Positions 1 to 8,201 of a stretch of DNA of 64,000 nucleotides are shown here, piece after piece. How positions within the stretch are numbered: position 1 is the stretch's first letter; every line of letters begins with the position of its first letter. Location of the stretch: positions 64,001-128,000 of the forward strand of contig JBDRCC010000020.1 in the NCBI GenBank assembly GCA_043822065.1, in the 5' to 3' direction. Source of the stretch: an archaeon. GTDB taxonomy: Archaea; Undinarchaeota; CAZHTU01; JBDRCC01. The notes beneath the pieces were generated by a model. That model ran no database searches. It saw only the letters and a list, made by a program, of their open reading frames with translations, and had not been told where the DNA came from. A program made the position numbers and the translations under genes.

Positions 1-1229
1 GTCTCCCTTACTGCCGGCTTCCCGAAGACTGAAAGGAACCTCTTCGCAATCAGGTCGTACAGGCTCCTCAGCGGCTTGTCAAGCTCCGACGGCATTTCGC
101 CAGTCGGGTGGATTGGCGGGTGCGCAGGGTCCTTTCCCTTTCCAACAGTTGGAATCATCTTGTCCTTCAGGACCTCTGCTGCGAGAACCGAGTACACCGG
201 GTTCCTCTGGAGCGCCTGGACCACCTTACTCAGGTTTATCCCAGGCGGGAACTGCTGGGACGCAGTCCTCGGGTATGAAATGAGCGCCATCTCGTAAAGC
301 GTCTGCGCAAGCTTCTGGGTGTATGCTGGCTTGAACCCGAAGACGCGGTAAGCTTCGGTCTGGAGGGTGGTCAGGTCGAACGGCACAGGCGGGCTCTGGT
401 TCTGCCTCTTCCTGTCGACTGACTCAACCTTGCCGTCTTTCCCCCTGCACTTCGCTACTATCTTCTCTGCGTCCTCACGCTTGTCGAACTTTTCCTTCTC
501 GTGCCAGGCAGAGTACGGCGTATTGTCCGCCTTGAACTTTAGCTCCACCTGGAAATATGTCTGCGGGGCGAAGGCGCGTATGTCCCTCTCCCTATCGACG
601 AGTATCTTGAGTGCCGGGCCCTGGACTCTACCGGTTGACATGGTCAGGAAATTCCCTGACGCCTTCCGTATGGCGTGCGTCAGCGCCCTGCTGACGTTTA
701 TGCCGTAAAACCAGTCAAGCTTGTGCCTAGCCTCGCCAGATTCTGCGAGCTGGAAGTCAGGCTTTTCAAGGCTCTCAAATGTCCTTACTAGCTCCTCCTT
801 GGTCAGGGTCGAGAACTTCATCCGCTTGGACTTTTTCATCGAGCCAGGCGGGCATGCATGCTCTATTATGTTGTGGCCTATGAGCTCGCCCTCCAGGTCG
901 TAGTCAGTCGCGACGACGAATTTTGAAGCCCCAACTGCAAGGGACTTTATCCTCTGAAGGTATGGCTTAGAAAACTTCGCATTCTTGTCGACATCGGAAA
1001 TCGGAGCCCAGCTGATGCCGAAAACCGGGTACTCCCAGCCGCTCTCTGTCTGCTTGAGCCCGAAAATATGGCCCACCGACGAGACGACGACTATCTCCTC
1101 GCCCCCGTGGCTGAGAATGTAATTTGAGACCTGCCCCTTTTTCTCCTCCTTGACCGGGCCGTCTGCCAGCGAAGCCGCAATCCTCCTGGAAACGTTCGGC
1201 TTCTCAGTTATAACAAGCGTATAGGGCAT
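1..1229 (-). CDS. topA: DNA topoisomerase I (type IA), 3' end runs off window
   Basis: Manual translation of minus strand from ATG at 1229: MPYTLVITEKP (Toprim), SSVGH, ATDYDLEGELIG, STGRVQGPAL, PFDLTTLQ, LYEMALISYPRT (catalytic Tyr), AHPPIHPTG. Absent from ORF track because no stop lies in window. Confidence 0.95.
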   Translation of the reverse strand, partial: MPYTLVITEKPNVSRRIAASLADGPVKEEKKGQVSNYILSHGGEEIVVVSSVGHIFGLKQTESGWEYPVFGISWAPISDVDKNAKFSKPYLQRIKSLAVGASKFVVATDYDLEGELIGHNIIEHACPPGSMKKSKRMKFSTLTKEELVRTFESLEKPDFQLAESGEARHKLDWFYGINVSRALTHAIRKASGNFLTMSTGRVQGPALKILVDRERDIRAFAPQTYFQVELKFKADNTPYSAWHEKEKFDKREDAEKIVAKCRGKDGKVESVDRKRQNQSPPVPFDLTTLQTEAYRVFGFKPAYTQKLAQTLYEMALISYPRTASQQFPPGINLSKVVQALQRNPVYSVLAAEVLKDKMIPTVGKGKDPAHPPIHPTGEMPSELDKPLRSLYDLIAKRFLSVFGKPAVRE

Positions 1230-1267
1230 AGCATGGATGGATTTACTAAACCTTATAAATACTTTCC

Positions 1268-2056
1268 CTATCGGTGCAGGAATTCAAGCTTCTCATAGAA
1301 GCTTTCCCTGAACCTGACGATGTGCGCCTTCTCGTCCGACTTTTTTATCCTGATTTTCTCATGCCTGATGTTATGGCGCTCTATCCCGTCGGCAACTACC
1401 ATCATCTCGCCGGTCTCGATGGCAACGTCAATGACGCTGCTGTCCGGGATAACCAGGGACTTGGACGAGAGGGAGTGGGGGGAAAGGGGCGTTATTATTA
1501 TGACCTCTGCGAGCGGGTGCACTATGGGCCCGCCGGCCGAAAGCGAATAGGCAGTGGAGCCGGTCGGCGTTGCAAGAATCAACCCGTCGGACCTGAAGGT
1601 CTTGTACCCTTTATTGTCAACAACAACCTTCATCTGGCACAGTCTGCCCGGCTTATGGGTCATGATGACAATCTCATTCAGGACGGGATGCTGCCTCTTC
1701 TTGTTTATCCAGAAGTCTAGCTTGGCCCGCTCGACGATTCTGTAGTCCCCCGCAAGGACTCTCTTTATTGCAGACCTGTAGTCCCTCTCGGTCGCCTCGC
1801 AAAGGAAGCCGATGCCCCCCTTTTTTATGCCCAGAATCGGCGTCGAGTTCCTCTGCAGGTAGGCTGTTTTCAGCATTGTGCCGTCCCCGCCGATGGCAAT
1901 TATCATGTCGGCCTTGCCAGAATAGGGCTTGGCCTTCACGGCCTTTACAAGGTTTCCAGAATACTTGACATCGTGCCCCCTTAGCAGGGCTTTGACATTT
2001 TTGACAATCTCAAGGACCTTTGGGTCAGTTTTATGGGCGGTTATTACGAACTTCAT
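1268..2056 (-). CDS. nadK: NAD(+) kinase
   Basis: GGDGT, GFL, NE, DG..ATPTGSTAYSLSAGGP motifs; start placed at MKFVIT. Confidence 0.93.
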   Translation of the reverse strand: MKFVITAHKTDPKVLEIVKNVKALLRGHDVKYSGNLVKAVKAKPYSGKADMIIAIGGDGTMLKTAYLQRNSTPILGIKKGGIGFLCEATERDYRSAIKRVLAGDYRIVERAKLDFWINKKRQHPVLNEIVIMTHKPGRLCQMKVVVDNKGYKTFRSDGLILATPTGSTAYSLSAGGPIVHPLAEVIIITPLSPHSLSSKSLVIPDSSVIDVAIETGEMMVVADGIERHNIRHEKIRIKKSDEKAHIVRFRESFYEKLEFLHR

Positions 2057-2155
2057 TAAACTAATTATGAATGTTGGTAATATAAAGTTACCCAATGGGT
2101 TACTGGCATCTTACTCTCTCTAAACGTTTAAGGGTTAAAAATCCTAAATTATTTC

Positions 2156-2959
2156 ATGAAGTTTGATTTGTCGCAGGTTGAATTCTCCGAAACTGACATA
2201 GAGCGCGAAATAAAAATACCAAACAAATTAACCCCCGAATTGGCAGAAATAATTGGTTTGCATCTGGGCGACGGGAATATTTACAAGCAAGCTGGCCGTG
2301 GCTCTGTATTTTCGTATACTTGCTGTCTTGACCAAGAAAGAGCGTATTATGATCAATACTTCATTCCAAAATTGAAGGGTCTCTTCAATTTGAAGGTAAG
2401 ACCTCACATACCAAAAGAGAACGAATACCGCATTCGGATATACTCTAAAGCTCTTTTTACTTTTTTTACAAAGGTTCTCAAAATTCCAGCATGTAATAAA
2501 AATAGTATGCTAGCCGTCCCCCAATATATAAAAGAAAGCAGCCGTGAAGTTAACAATGCTTTTGTTCGAGGGTTTGCCGATACTGATTTTTGTCTAATTT
2601 TTAAAAAGCGGCACAAAAAATTCCATTACTACCCTTCAATAACCGGCATGTTGTCCTCAGCCACTATACTACAGTATATCGAAGACTATCTCCAAGCAAT
2701 GGGCTTCGAACTATCTCATTGCTACAACCGCAGACAATACGACCGTAGAACCGGTAAGTTCTACACAAAGAATGAAATCGCGCTCTACGGTTCGGATAAT
2801 CTTGGAAAGTGGATGCGGGAAATAGGATTCTCGAATCCAAAGAATATTACTAGATACGCGATTTGGAAACAATACGGCATCTGCCCACCGCAGATAACTC
2901 AGGAAGAACGGAACCGAATCCTAAGTGGAGAGCGGTCACCCTACTCCCATTATGAGTAA
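2156..2959 (+). CDS. Free-standing double-motif LAGLIDADG homing endonuclease-like protein
   Basis: Motif 1 LAEIIGLHLGDGN, motif 2 FVRGFADTDFC, IGFSNPK tail; no intein splicing motifs; AT-rich relative to neighbours. Confidence 0.85.
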   Translation: MKFDLSQVEFSETDIEREIKIPNKLTPELAEIIGLHLGDGNIYKQAGRGSVFSYTCCLDQERAYYDQYFIPKLKGLFNLKVRPHIPKENEYRIRIYSKALFTFFTKVLKIPACNKNSMLAVPQYIKESSREVNNAFVRGFADTDFCLIFKKRHKKFHYYPSITGMLSSATILQYIEDYLQAMGFELSHCYNRRQYDRRTGKFYTKNEIALYGSDNLGKWMREIGFSNPKNITRYAIWKQYGICPPQITQEERNRILSGERSPYSHYE

Positions 2960-3060
2960 TGGGCCTGGAGAGATTTGAACTCTCGACTTCCAGCTATCCT
3001 AGGATGTACAGAGTACAGCCATATAAGACTGGCACTCTAACCAAGCTGAGTTACAAGCCC
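2960..3060 (-). tRNA. tRNA-Ile(UAU) with 26-nt intron at 37/38 (intron 2996-3021)
   Basis: Reverse complement folds: acceptor GGGCTTG/CAGGCCC, A73, D arm ACTC/GAGT, anticodon stem CCAGT/GCTGG with loop CT-TAT-A^A, T arm GAGAG-TTCAAAT-CTCTC; BHB helix CUUA/UAGG. Confidence 0.92.
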
Positions 3061-3087
3061 GTAACGATAGCTTAGAAAACTGTTATA

Positions 3088-3097
3088 TTTATATATA
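3088..3097. promoter_or_regulatory. TATA box region between divergent tRNA-Ile(UAU) and HTH regulator
   Basis: TTTATATATA about 24 nt before ATG 3120 and about 28 nt before the tRNA 5' end on the other strand. Confidence 0.6.
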
Positions 3098-3119
3098 TCC
3101 CTCTTAGCTAGTATCAAAC

Positions 3120-4007
3120 ATGGAAACGAAGCATGAAGTGAGGGCAGTTCTGGAAGAAGCCGGCTTTGACATCTTCGAGACCAGCCGCGGCTACTCATAC
3201 GACTTTATCGCCAGGAAGGAATCCAGGCTCATCTTCATCAAGACCCTCTCCAACCTGGAGTCGTTTTCGCTCGAGCACGCAAAGGACCTTTCCTCCCTTT
3301 CAAATGAGCTGAGGGCGAGCGTCCTCATCGTCGCGGACGGCTCGGCAGCAGGGAAGCTGAAGGATGACACAGTCTACGAGCGGTTTGAAATTCCCGCAAT
3401 CACCGTCGGCACCCTCAGGCACATACTCGAGGGGGAGGACCCCCTGGTCCGCGCCGGAAGGGGCGGATTTTACGTCCAGATTGACGGAGACCGGCTGCGG
3501 GAGATTAGGGAGCAGTCAGGAATGTCGCTCGAGCACCTGGCAAGGCGCGCCGGAGTGTCTAGGAAGTCAGTCCGCGAATACGAATCATCCGGAAGCGCGA
3601 CAATCAAGACCGCGATCCACCTTGAGCAGATAATCCAGGAGTCGGTCGCCAAGCCGATAAACGTATTCGAAATCGAGACAACGCTTATCGAGCGCAAAAT
3701 CCATGCGTTCGAGAACTCCGTCGTCCAGAAGCTGAACGTCCTTGGCTTCGACGTCGCATACGCGAAAAAGTCCCCGTTCAACATAGTGGCGCGCGAGGCG
3801 AAGGAGGACATAATCTCGGGGCTTACCAACGAGAACTTAAGGGAAAAGGCGACAGTCCTCAGGCGCGTCGGAGACCTCCTTGAAGCTGAGCCGCTCTTCA
3901 TACTCAAGAAGTCCAGGACAACTGAAATCGAGGGAATCCCGGTAATCGACGAGAAGCTCCTCAAGAAGATACGCGACCTTGACGAGTTTATTGAAGCGTG
4001 CAGGTAA
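3120..4007 (+). CDS. Archaeal XRE/Cro-C1 HTH transcriptional regulator (COG1395-like)
   Basis: YDFIARK..IFIKTLSNLES N-domain, VYERFEIP, RGGFYVQIDGDRLREIRE..SLEHLARRAGVSRKSVREYE HTH, PFNIVA. Confidence 0.85.
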   Translation: METKHEVRAVLEEAGFDIFETSRGYSYDFIARKESRLIFIKTLSNLESFSLEHAKDLSSLSNELRASVLIVADGSAAGKLKDDTVYERFEIPAITVGTLRHILEGEDPLVRAGRGGFYVQIDGDRLREIREQSGMSLEHLARRAGVSRKSVREYESSGSATIKTAIHLEQIIQESVAKPINVFEIETTLIERKIHAFENSVVQKLNVLGFDVAYAKKSPFNIVAREAKEDIISGLTNENLREKATVLRRVGDLLEAEPLFILKKSRTTEIEGIPVIDEKLLKKIRDLDEFIEACR

Positions 4008-4011
4008 CCAA

Positions 4012-4797
4012 ATGGACAGAGTACTCTTCATGGGCACCGGCGGAGGAAGGTGGAACTGCATCTACCAGACGCGCTCGACGGCAGGCTTCAGGCTCGAGCT
4101 CGGGCAGAAAAAAATCCACATCGACCCTGGTCCCGGCACGATTTCCAGGTACAAGGCGCTCAGGATAAATCCGCGGACGAACAGCTGTATAATTGTCACA
4201 CACTGCCACCTCGACCACTACGACGACGCAGAGGTGCTTATCGAGGCGATGAGTATGGGAAAAAAGGGCGGCGTCCTACTCGCAGGAAAGAACGTTCTTG
4301 AAGGCACCGGCAACTTCCAGTCGCCAGTCAACACCTTCCACCGCGCCCTGCTTGCTGAGTCCAAAGTGCTCTCAGACGGCGGGGAGTACCTCCTTGACAA
4401 AATAAGGATAGAGGCGGTCGGCTTGAAGCACTCTGAGCCGGAGAACATCGGCGTCATCTTCCATTCCAGCTCAAAAATCGGGTACGTGTCGGACACAGAA
4501 TACTTTCCCGCACTCGCCCGCAGGTTCAAGGGAATGGACCTGCTTATACTCAACCTCCTGCGCCCGGCAAACTTCAGGATTCCGGGGCACATGTGCACCG
4601 AAGACGCAATCACGCTCATAAACGAGGCAAAGCCGCGCAGGTGCGCCATAACCCACTTCGGGCTCAAGATGGTCCGCGCAAACCCGGCCGCCCACGCCGC
4701 GAAGATATCCTCCTCAACAGGAATCGAATGCATAGCCGCAGAGGACGGGATGCGCCTCGATGTGGCGAAGCAGACCAATTTACAGTCTTTCAGCTAA
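4012..4797 (+). CDS. MBL-fold metallo-hydrolase
   Basis: FMGTGGGR, IDPGPG, THCHLDH, YVSDT, GHM, THFG motifs. Confidence 0.9.
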   Translation: MDRVLFMGTGGGRWNCIYQTRSTAGFRLELGQKKIHIDPGPGTISRYKALRINPRTNSCIIVTHCHLDHYDDAEVLIEAMSMGKKGGVLLAGKNVLEGTGNFQSPVNTFHRALLAESKVLSDGGEYLLDKIRIEAVGLKHSEPENIGVIFHSSSKIGYVSDTEYFPALARRFKGMDLLILNLLRPANFRIPGHMCTEDAITLINEAKPRRCAITHFGLKMVRANPAAHAAKISSSTGIECIAAEDGMRLDVAKQTNLQSFS

Positions 4798-4828
4798 AAA
4801 TATAAACCTTGGCGGGATTAGTCTTCAC

Positions 4829-5551
4829 ATGCGGATGTCCTACATATTTACAATCGCCCTTGCAGTGGCAGCAATCATACTCCTCTACGCCTCAATAGGG
4901 TTTTACGTCGACCGCTCCGAAGCCGAGGCCTGCACCCAGACGCAGGAGCGGCTTGAACAGGCAACCCCAACGCTTCTTGGGGGGCAGCTCAAGTATGTTC
5001 TCTCAGAATTCGGCATGCCCGAGGTGCAAACCCCGGCGCCGGCTGATTACACGGCGTCAATTGCCTCCCTGCGGGCGCGCGGAACCGAAGACCCAGCCAA
5101 GCTGATAGACCTGACAACATTTGAAACAAGCCACTTCCTAATGTCGGGCTATCTGAAGACATCCGAGTGCAACCTCTTCACGAACCTTGCGCGCGTAAAT
5201 CTCGGCCGCTCCTCCCTTTTCCTCGGAGAGCTTCTCAAGGGCACGGATGTCTCCCTTCTTGAAGGCGAGCTATCGGACGTAGACTCAAGCTACCTAGTGA
5301 TAATACATTCCGCAGTCCCTGACAAATGCGGCTACGAGCCTGAGAACCTCTTCCTGACAATCTTGGAGGAGAAATACTGCGCAGGCCTGCACGAGCAGGC
5401 ATTCCTTCTAGCGCAGTACCTCAAGGCAAGCTTGGACGACGTCCAGGACGCGCCATCCAAAACCTACCGCGCAGTTATGCTCAACTGCATGGCAGACTGC
5501 GTAAATAGGGACGCCTGCCTGGATAACTGTTTAAATGAGAAAATAGCTTAG
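4829..5551 (+). CDS. Hypothetical membrane-anchored/secreted protein, Cys-rich C-terminus
   Basis: N-terminal hydrophobic helix; C-terminal CMADCVNRDACLDNC; host-like codon usage. Confidence 0.65.
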   Translation: MRMSYIFTIALAVAAIILLYASIGFYVDRSEAEACTQTQERLEQATPTLLGGQLKYVLSEFGMPEVQTPAPADYTASIASLRARGTEDPAKLIDLTTFETSHFLMSGYLKTSECNLFTNLARVNLGRSSLFLGELLKGTDVSLLEGELSDVDSSYLVIIHSAVPDKCGYEPENLFLTILEEKYCAGLHEQAFLLAQYLKASLDDVQDAPSKTYRAVMLNCMADCVNRDACLDNCLNEKIA

Positions 5552-5560
5552 TTCAGCCAC

Positions 5561-5668
5561 GGGCTCGTGGCGAAATGGTATCGCGCCGCCTTCGCATAAC
5601 ATTTTCTTTTAGAAAAGGAAAGCGTTAGGAAAAGGCGGAGGCTGCGGGTTCAAATCCCGCCGAGTCCA
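5561..5668 (+). tRNA. tRNA-Ala(CGC) with 36-nt intron (5597-5632)
   Basis: Acceptor GGGCTCG/CGAGTCC with G3:U70 Ala identity pair, A73, anticodon stem CCGCC/GGCGG with loop TT-CGC-A^A, T arm GCGGG-TTCAAAT-CCCGC. Confidence 0.92.
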
Positions 5669-5707
5669 CTAATAATTATTATATAGGCCACTTTCAATAT
5701 CTCGCTT

Positions 5708-6775
5708 ATGTTTGGATTTTTCAAGGAAAAGACCAACTTTTACAAGCTGGAGGAGAAAATCTCTGGTTACTCCAAACAGGGCTGGCATTCCTACCTGCTG
5801 TCCACCTACGCCCACAATGCCGCAGTCAAGTCGCTGGCAAAGCGCGGCAAGGCTATATCTGCAGCCTTTTACATCGAGTCAAAGCTCGATGCGGCGGAGC
5901 TGTCGGAAGTCCTTGCGCGGCGCATCGGGGACTTCACAATAGCCGAGTCAAAGCTTTCCCAGCTCAAGCTCAGCGAAATCGAGCAGCTGTACCTAACGGA
6001 TTATCTCTCCGGGGAGCTGTCTGACAAGGAAATCTACCCTCTAAAGATGCGCATGCCGGACTTCGAGAAAATGCTCAAGAAGGCGCTTACTGGCGGGAAG
6101 AACTATCTGCTGGACATAGGCTGCTGGAACGAGGAGTTCTTAGACGCACTCGAGGACAAATTCTTCTCAAAAAACAAGTACGACCACCTGCTAATCGGCA
6201 CGGACTCTGGTGACGTAACCTGCGGGCGGGTTGACAGCCCAGACAAGGAGGATGAGCATGACAGGTTATACGACCCTAGTGACGCCGAGGACGAGCCGGA
6301 TACTCCTTTCAGGGAGTTCTACCAGTTTGAAGTGGAGAGCAAGCACGATATTGCCGATGCCTATTACGAAGCCTGGGAGAAGACGGGAATCCTCAATGAG
6401 CTGCCGGACGGCTTCAAGCGCGACGACATACTCCGCTTCAGGTACGAAAAAAACATACTCACACTGCACGGCTTCCTTGGGGACTACCTTTCAACCAAGC
6501 GGCTTTTCAAGAAGGACTTCCTGGAAAAAACAAAATTCGACGTAATCTTCCTCCGCAGGATGTTCCCCTATGTCGACTACAAAGATGTTTTTGAGGAGAC
6601 TAATACGTTCACAAAGAGCTACTTCATAGTCTCCTACAGCCTTCCCTACACGAAGGACGACAAGCCAAACCCCTCGCCAGCTGAACTTTTGTCAGAGCTG
6701 AAGAAATACGGATTCAAAAAGGCGGACCTGTACGAGACCGAGACCTTCTTCTGGCTCCTTGCCAAAAAGAAATAA
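5708..6775 (+). CDS. Class I SAM-dependent methyltransferase-like protein with acidic insertion
   Basis: LLDIGC motif I, LIGTD, FDVIFLRRMFPYVD, ELKKYGF end motif. Confidence 0.6.
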   Translation: MFGFFKEKTNFYKLEEKISGYSKQGWHSYLLSTYAHNAAVKSLAKRGKAISAAFYIESKLDAAELSEVLARRIGDFTIAESKLSQLKLSEIEQLYLTDYLSGELSDKEIYPLKMRMPDFEKMLKKALTGGKNYLLDIGCWNEEFLDALEDKFFSKNKYDHLLIGTDSGDVTCGRVDSPDKEDEHDRLYDPSDAEDEPDTPFREFYQFEVESKHDIADAYYEAWEKTGILNELPDGFKRDDILRFRYEKNILTLHGFLGDYLSTKRLFKKDFLEKTKFDVIFLRRMFPYVDYKDVFEETNTFTKSYFIVSYSLPYTKDDKPNPSPAELLSELKKYGFKKADLYETETFFWLLAKKK

Positions 6776-6785
6776 GGGCGGCAAA

Positions 6786-7991
6786 TCAGAACGTTTCCAA
6801 TTTGCCCTTGACCACCAGGTCTGTTATCTGCGTTATGTTCTCGAGCCAGTAGTCAGTCAGCTTCTCGACCTTGCTCTTGGCGTCAGAGAACTTCTTGCCC
6901 TTCTCCATCGTCACGTGGACGTTCGCGGCAAGCGGGTTGTCAATCGGCCTTCCAATCTGGCTGAGCAGCTTTACCTGGACCTCTCCGACGCCCTCAACCT
7001 GCTCGGCAATCTCGTCCGCTATCTTGTTTGACAGCAGGTTGTAGAGTTTTCCGACATGGTTTATCGGGTTCTTGCCCGAGGTCGCCTCAAGGCTCATTGG
7101 CCTGTAAGGCGTGATAAGGCCGTTGCACCTGTTCCCCCTTCCGGTCGAGCCGTCGTCCCCCATCTCGGCGGACGTCCCGGTAACCGTCAGGAAGTAGCAG
7201 TTGGACTCGTAGTTGTCACCCGTGTTGACACAAACGTTCACTTTCCTGTCGGTGACGCTTTTTGACATCTCCTCGATGTCCTTCTTGATTGTGCCGACTA
7301 CCGCCCTATAGTGGTCTATGTTCTCAGTCTTTCCAGAGACTATCGCGGCTGCAATCGTCAGGTCGATGGTGTCGTTCCTCCTGAGCCCCATGACCTTTAT
7401 GTCCTCCCCAACCTGGGGGCACTTGTTCTTGAACTCCCTTGAGTTCAGCCGCTTCTCGGTCCCGAAGACAAGCCTTTCGACGTCGCTGTACGGGGCAAAG
7501 CCTACGCCAAAGGAGGTATCGTTTGAGTTTGGCATGCTCTTTCCCCTTGAGAAGACGTCAACAAGGTCCGCAGACCCGCTTCCCATCCTGGAGTCTATGA
7601 CGACGTGCCTGTCAACGTCGAGGTTCGGGAGGATCTCCTTGAGGTAGGTCTTTGCGGCTTCAATCCCGACCGTGTGGATTCCGACGTACTCGTCCCCGAC
7701 CTTCTCGGTCGCCCTTCCTGAAAGGAGGATGTAAATCGGCTTGAGGACCTCTCCCCCGCCGAACTTAGGATTTGCATACCCGCCCACAATCTCCACCTGG
7801 TCGGTGTTGTGGTGCATGTACCTGTCAAACTTTTTGGCATACTCCCTGCACAGCGCCCTGGAAACCGCCTCTGCGATTCCATCTGCCATGCTGTCCGGGT
7901 GCCCTATACCCTTCCTTTCGACAATCTCGAGGGGCATTTCGTCCATAAGCGGGGAATTTAGCTCCCCAACAAATATATTTCTGCCAGCCAT
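6786..7991 (-). CDS. mat: Archaeal S-adenosylmethionine synthetase
   Basis: VERKGIGHPD, HHNTDQ, NDTSFGVG, GEDIKVMG, GDDGSTGRGNR, GKNPINHVGKLYN; GGAGGT SD upstream. Confidence 0.96.
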   Translation of the reverse strand: MAGRNIFVGELNSPLMDEMPLEIVERKGIGHPDSMADGIAEAVSRALCREYAKKFDRYMHHNTDQVEIVGGYANPKFGGGEVLKPIYILLSGRATEKVGDEYVGIHTVGIEAAKTYLKEILPNLDVDRHVVIDSRMGSGSADLVDVFSRGKSMPNSNDTSFGVGFAPYSDVERLVFGTEKRLNSREFKNKCPQVGEDIKVMGLRRNDTIDLTIAAAIVSGKTENIDHYRAVVGTIKKDIEEMSKSVTDRKVNVCVNTGDNYESNCYFLTVTGTSAEMGDDGSTGRGNRCNGLITPYRPMSLEATSGKNPINHVGKLYNLLSNKIADEIAEQVEGVGEVQVKLLSQIGRPIDNPLAANVHVTMEKGKKFSDAKSKVEKLTDYWLENITQITDLVVKGKLETF

Positions 7992-8021
7992 ATTGATACC
8001 TCCGCTTGCCTTCAAATTATC

Positions 8022-8066
8022 AGTAATAATTTATATAGTTTCTTATTACTAATGGTAATAATTTAT
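8022..8066. promoter_or_regulatory. mat promoter with palindromic operator-like sites
   Basis: AGTAATAA-N13-TTATTACT brackets the TATA box; TTATTAC-N5-GTAATAA at 8043-8061. Confidence 0.45.
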
Positions 8067-8100
8067 TCAATTTCCAGCCGACTGCCTAGTATTATACAAA

Positions 8101-8190
8101 TGGTGGACTGATCATGCCCCTTTCTTTTAGAAAAAGAGAGTGGCAAGGTATTCCAAAGAAAACTACTTTAGTCCTCGCTCCGCTCGGAGC
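8101..8190. repeat. Structured intergenic element (REP-like or tRNA-like)
   Basis: GGACTGA/TTAGTCC closing stem, long TGCC..CTTTCTTTT-AGA-AAAAGAGAG..GGCA hairpin, GCTCC-GCTC-GGAGC hairpin; 8121-8140 is 18/20 identical to tRNA-Ala intron 5603-5622. Confidence 0.5.
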
Positions 8191-8201
8191 ATTAAAATTA
8201 A

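Noticed and set aside
76-903. Short plus-strand ORFs over the first 900 nt
   Set aside because: Antisense shadows of topA on the minus strand
2087-2103. Possible att duplication of the tRNA 3' end left of the LAGLIDADG gene
   Set aside because: Only AATGGG is shared; too short to support
2156-2959. LAGLIDADG as an intein or as an intron-encoded ORF
   Set aside because: No Cys/Ser start or His-Asn end, not in frame with a host gene, and lies outside the tRNA on the opposite strand
5561-5668. Reading this tRNA as Arg(UCG)
   Set aside because: Loop register gives CGC, and G3:U70 with A73 marks Ala
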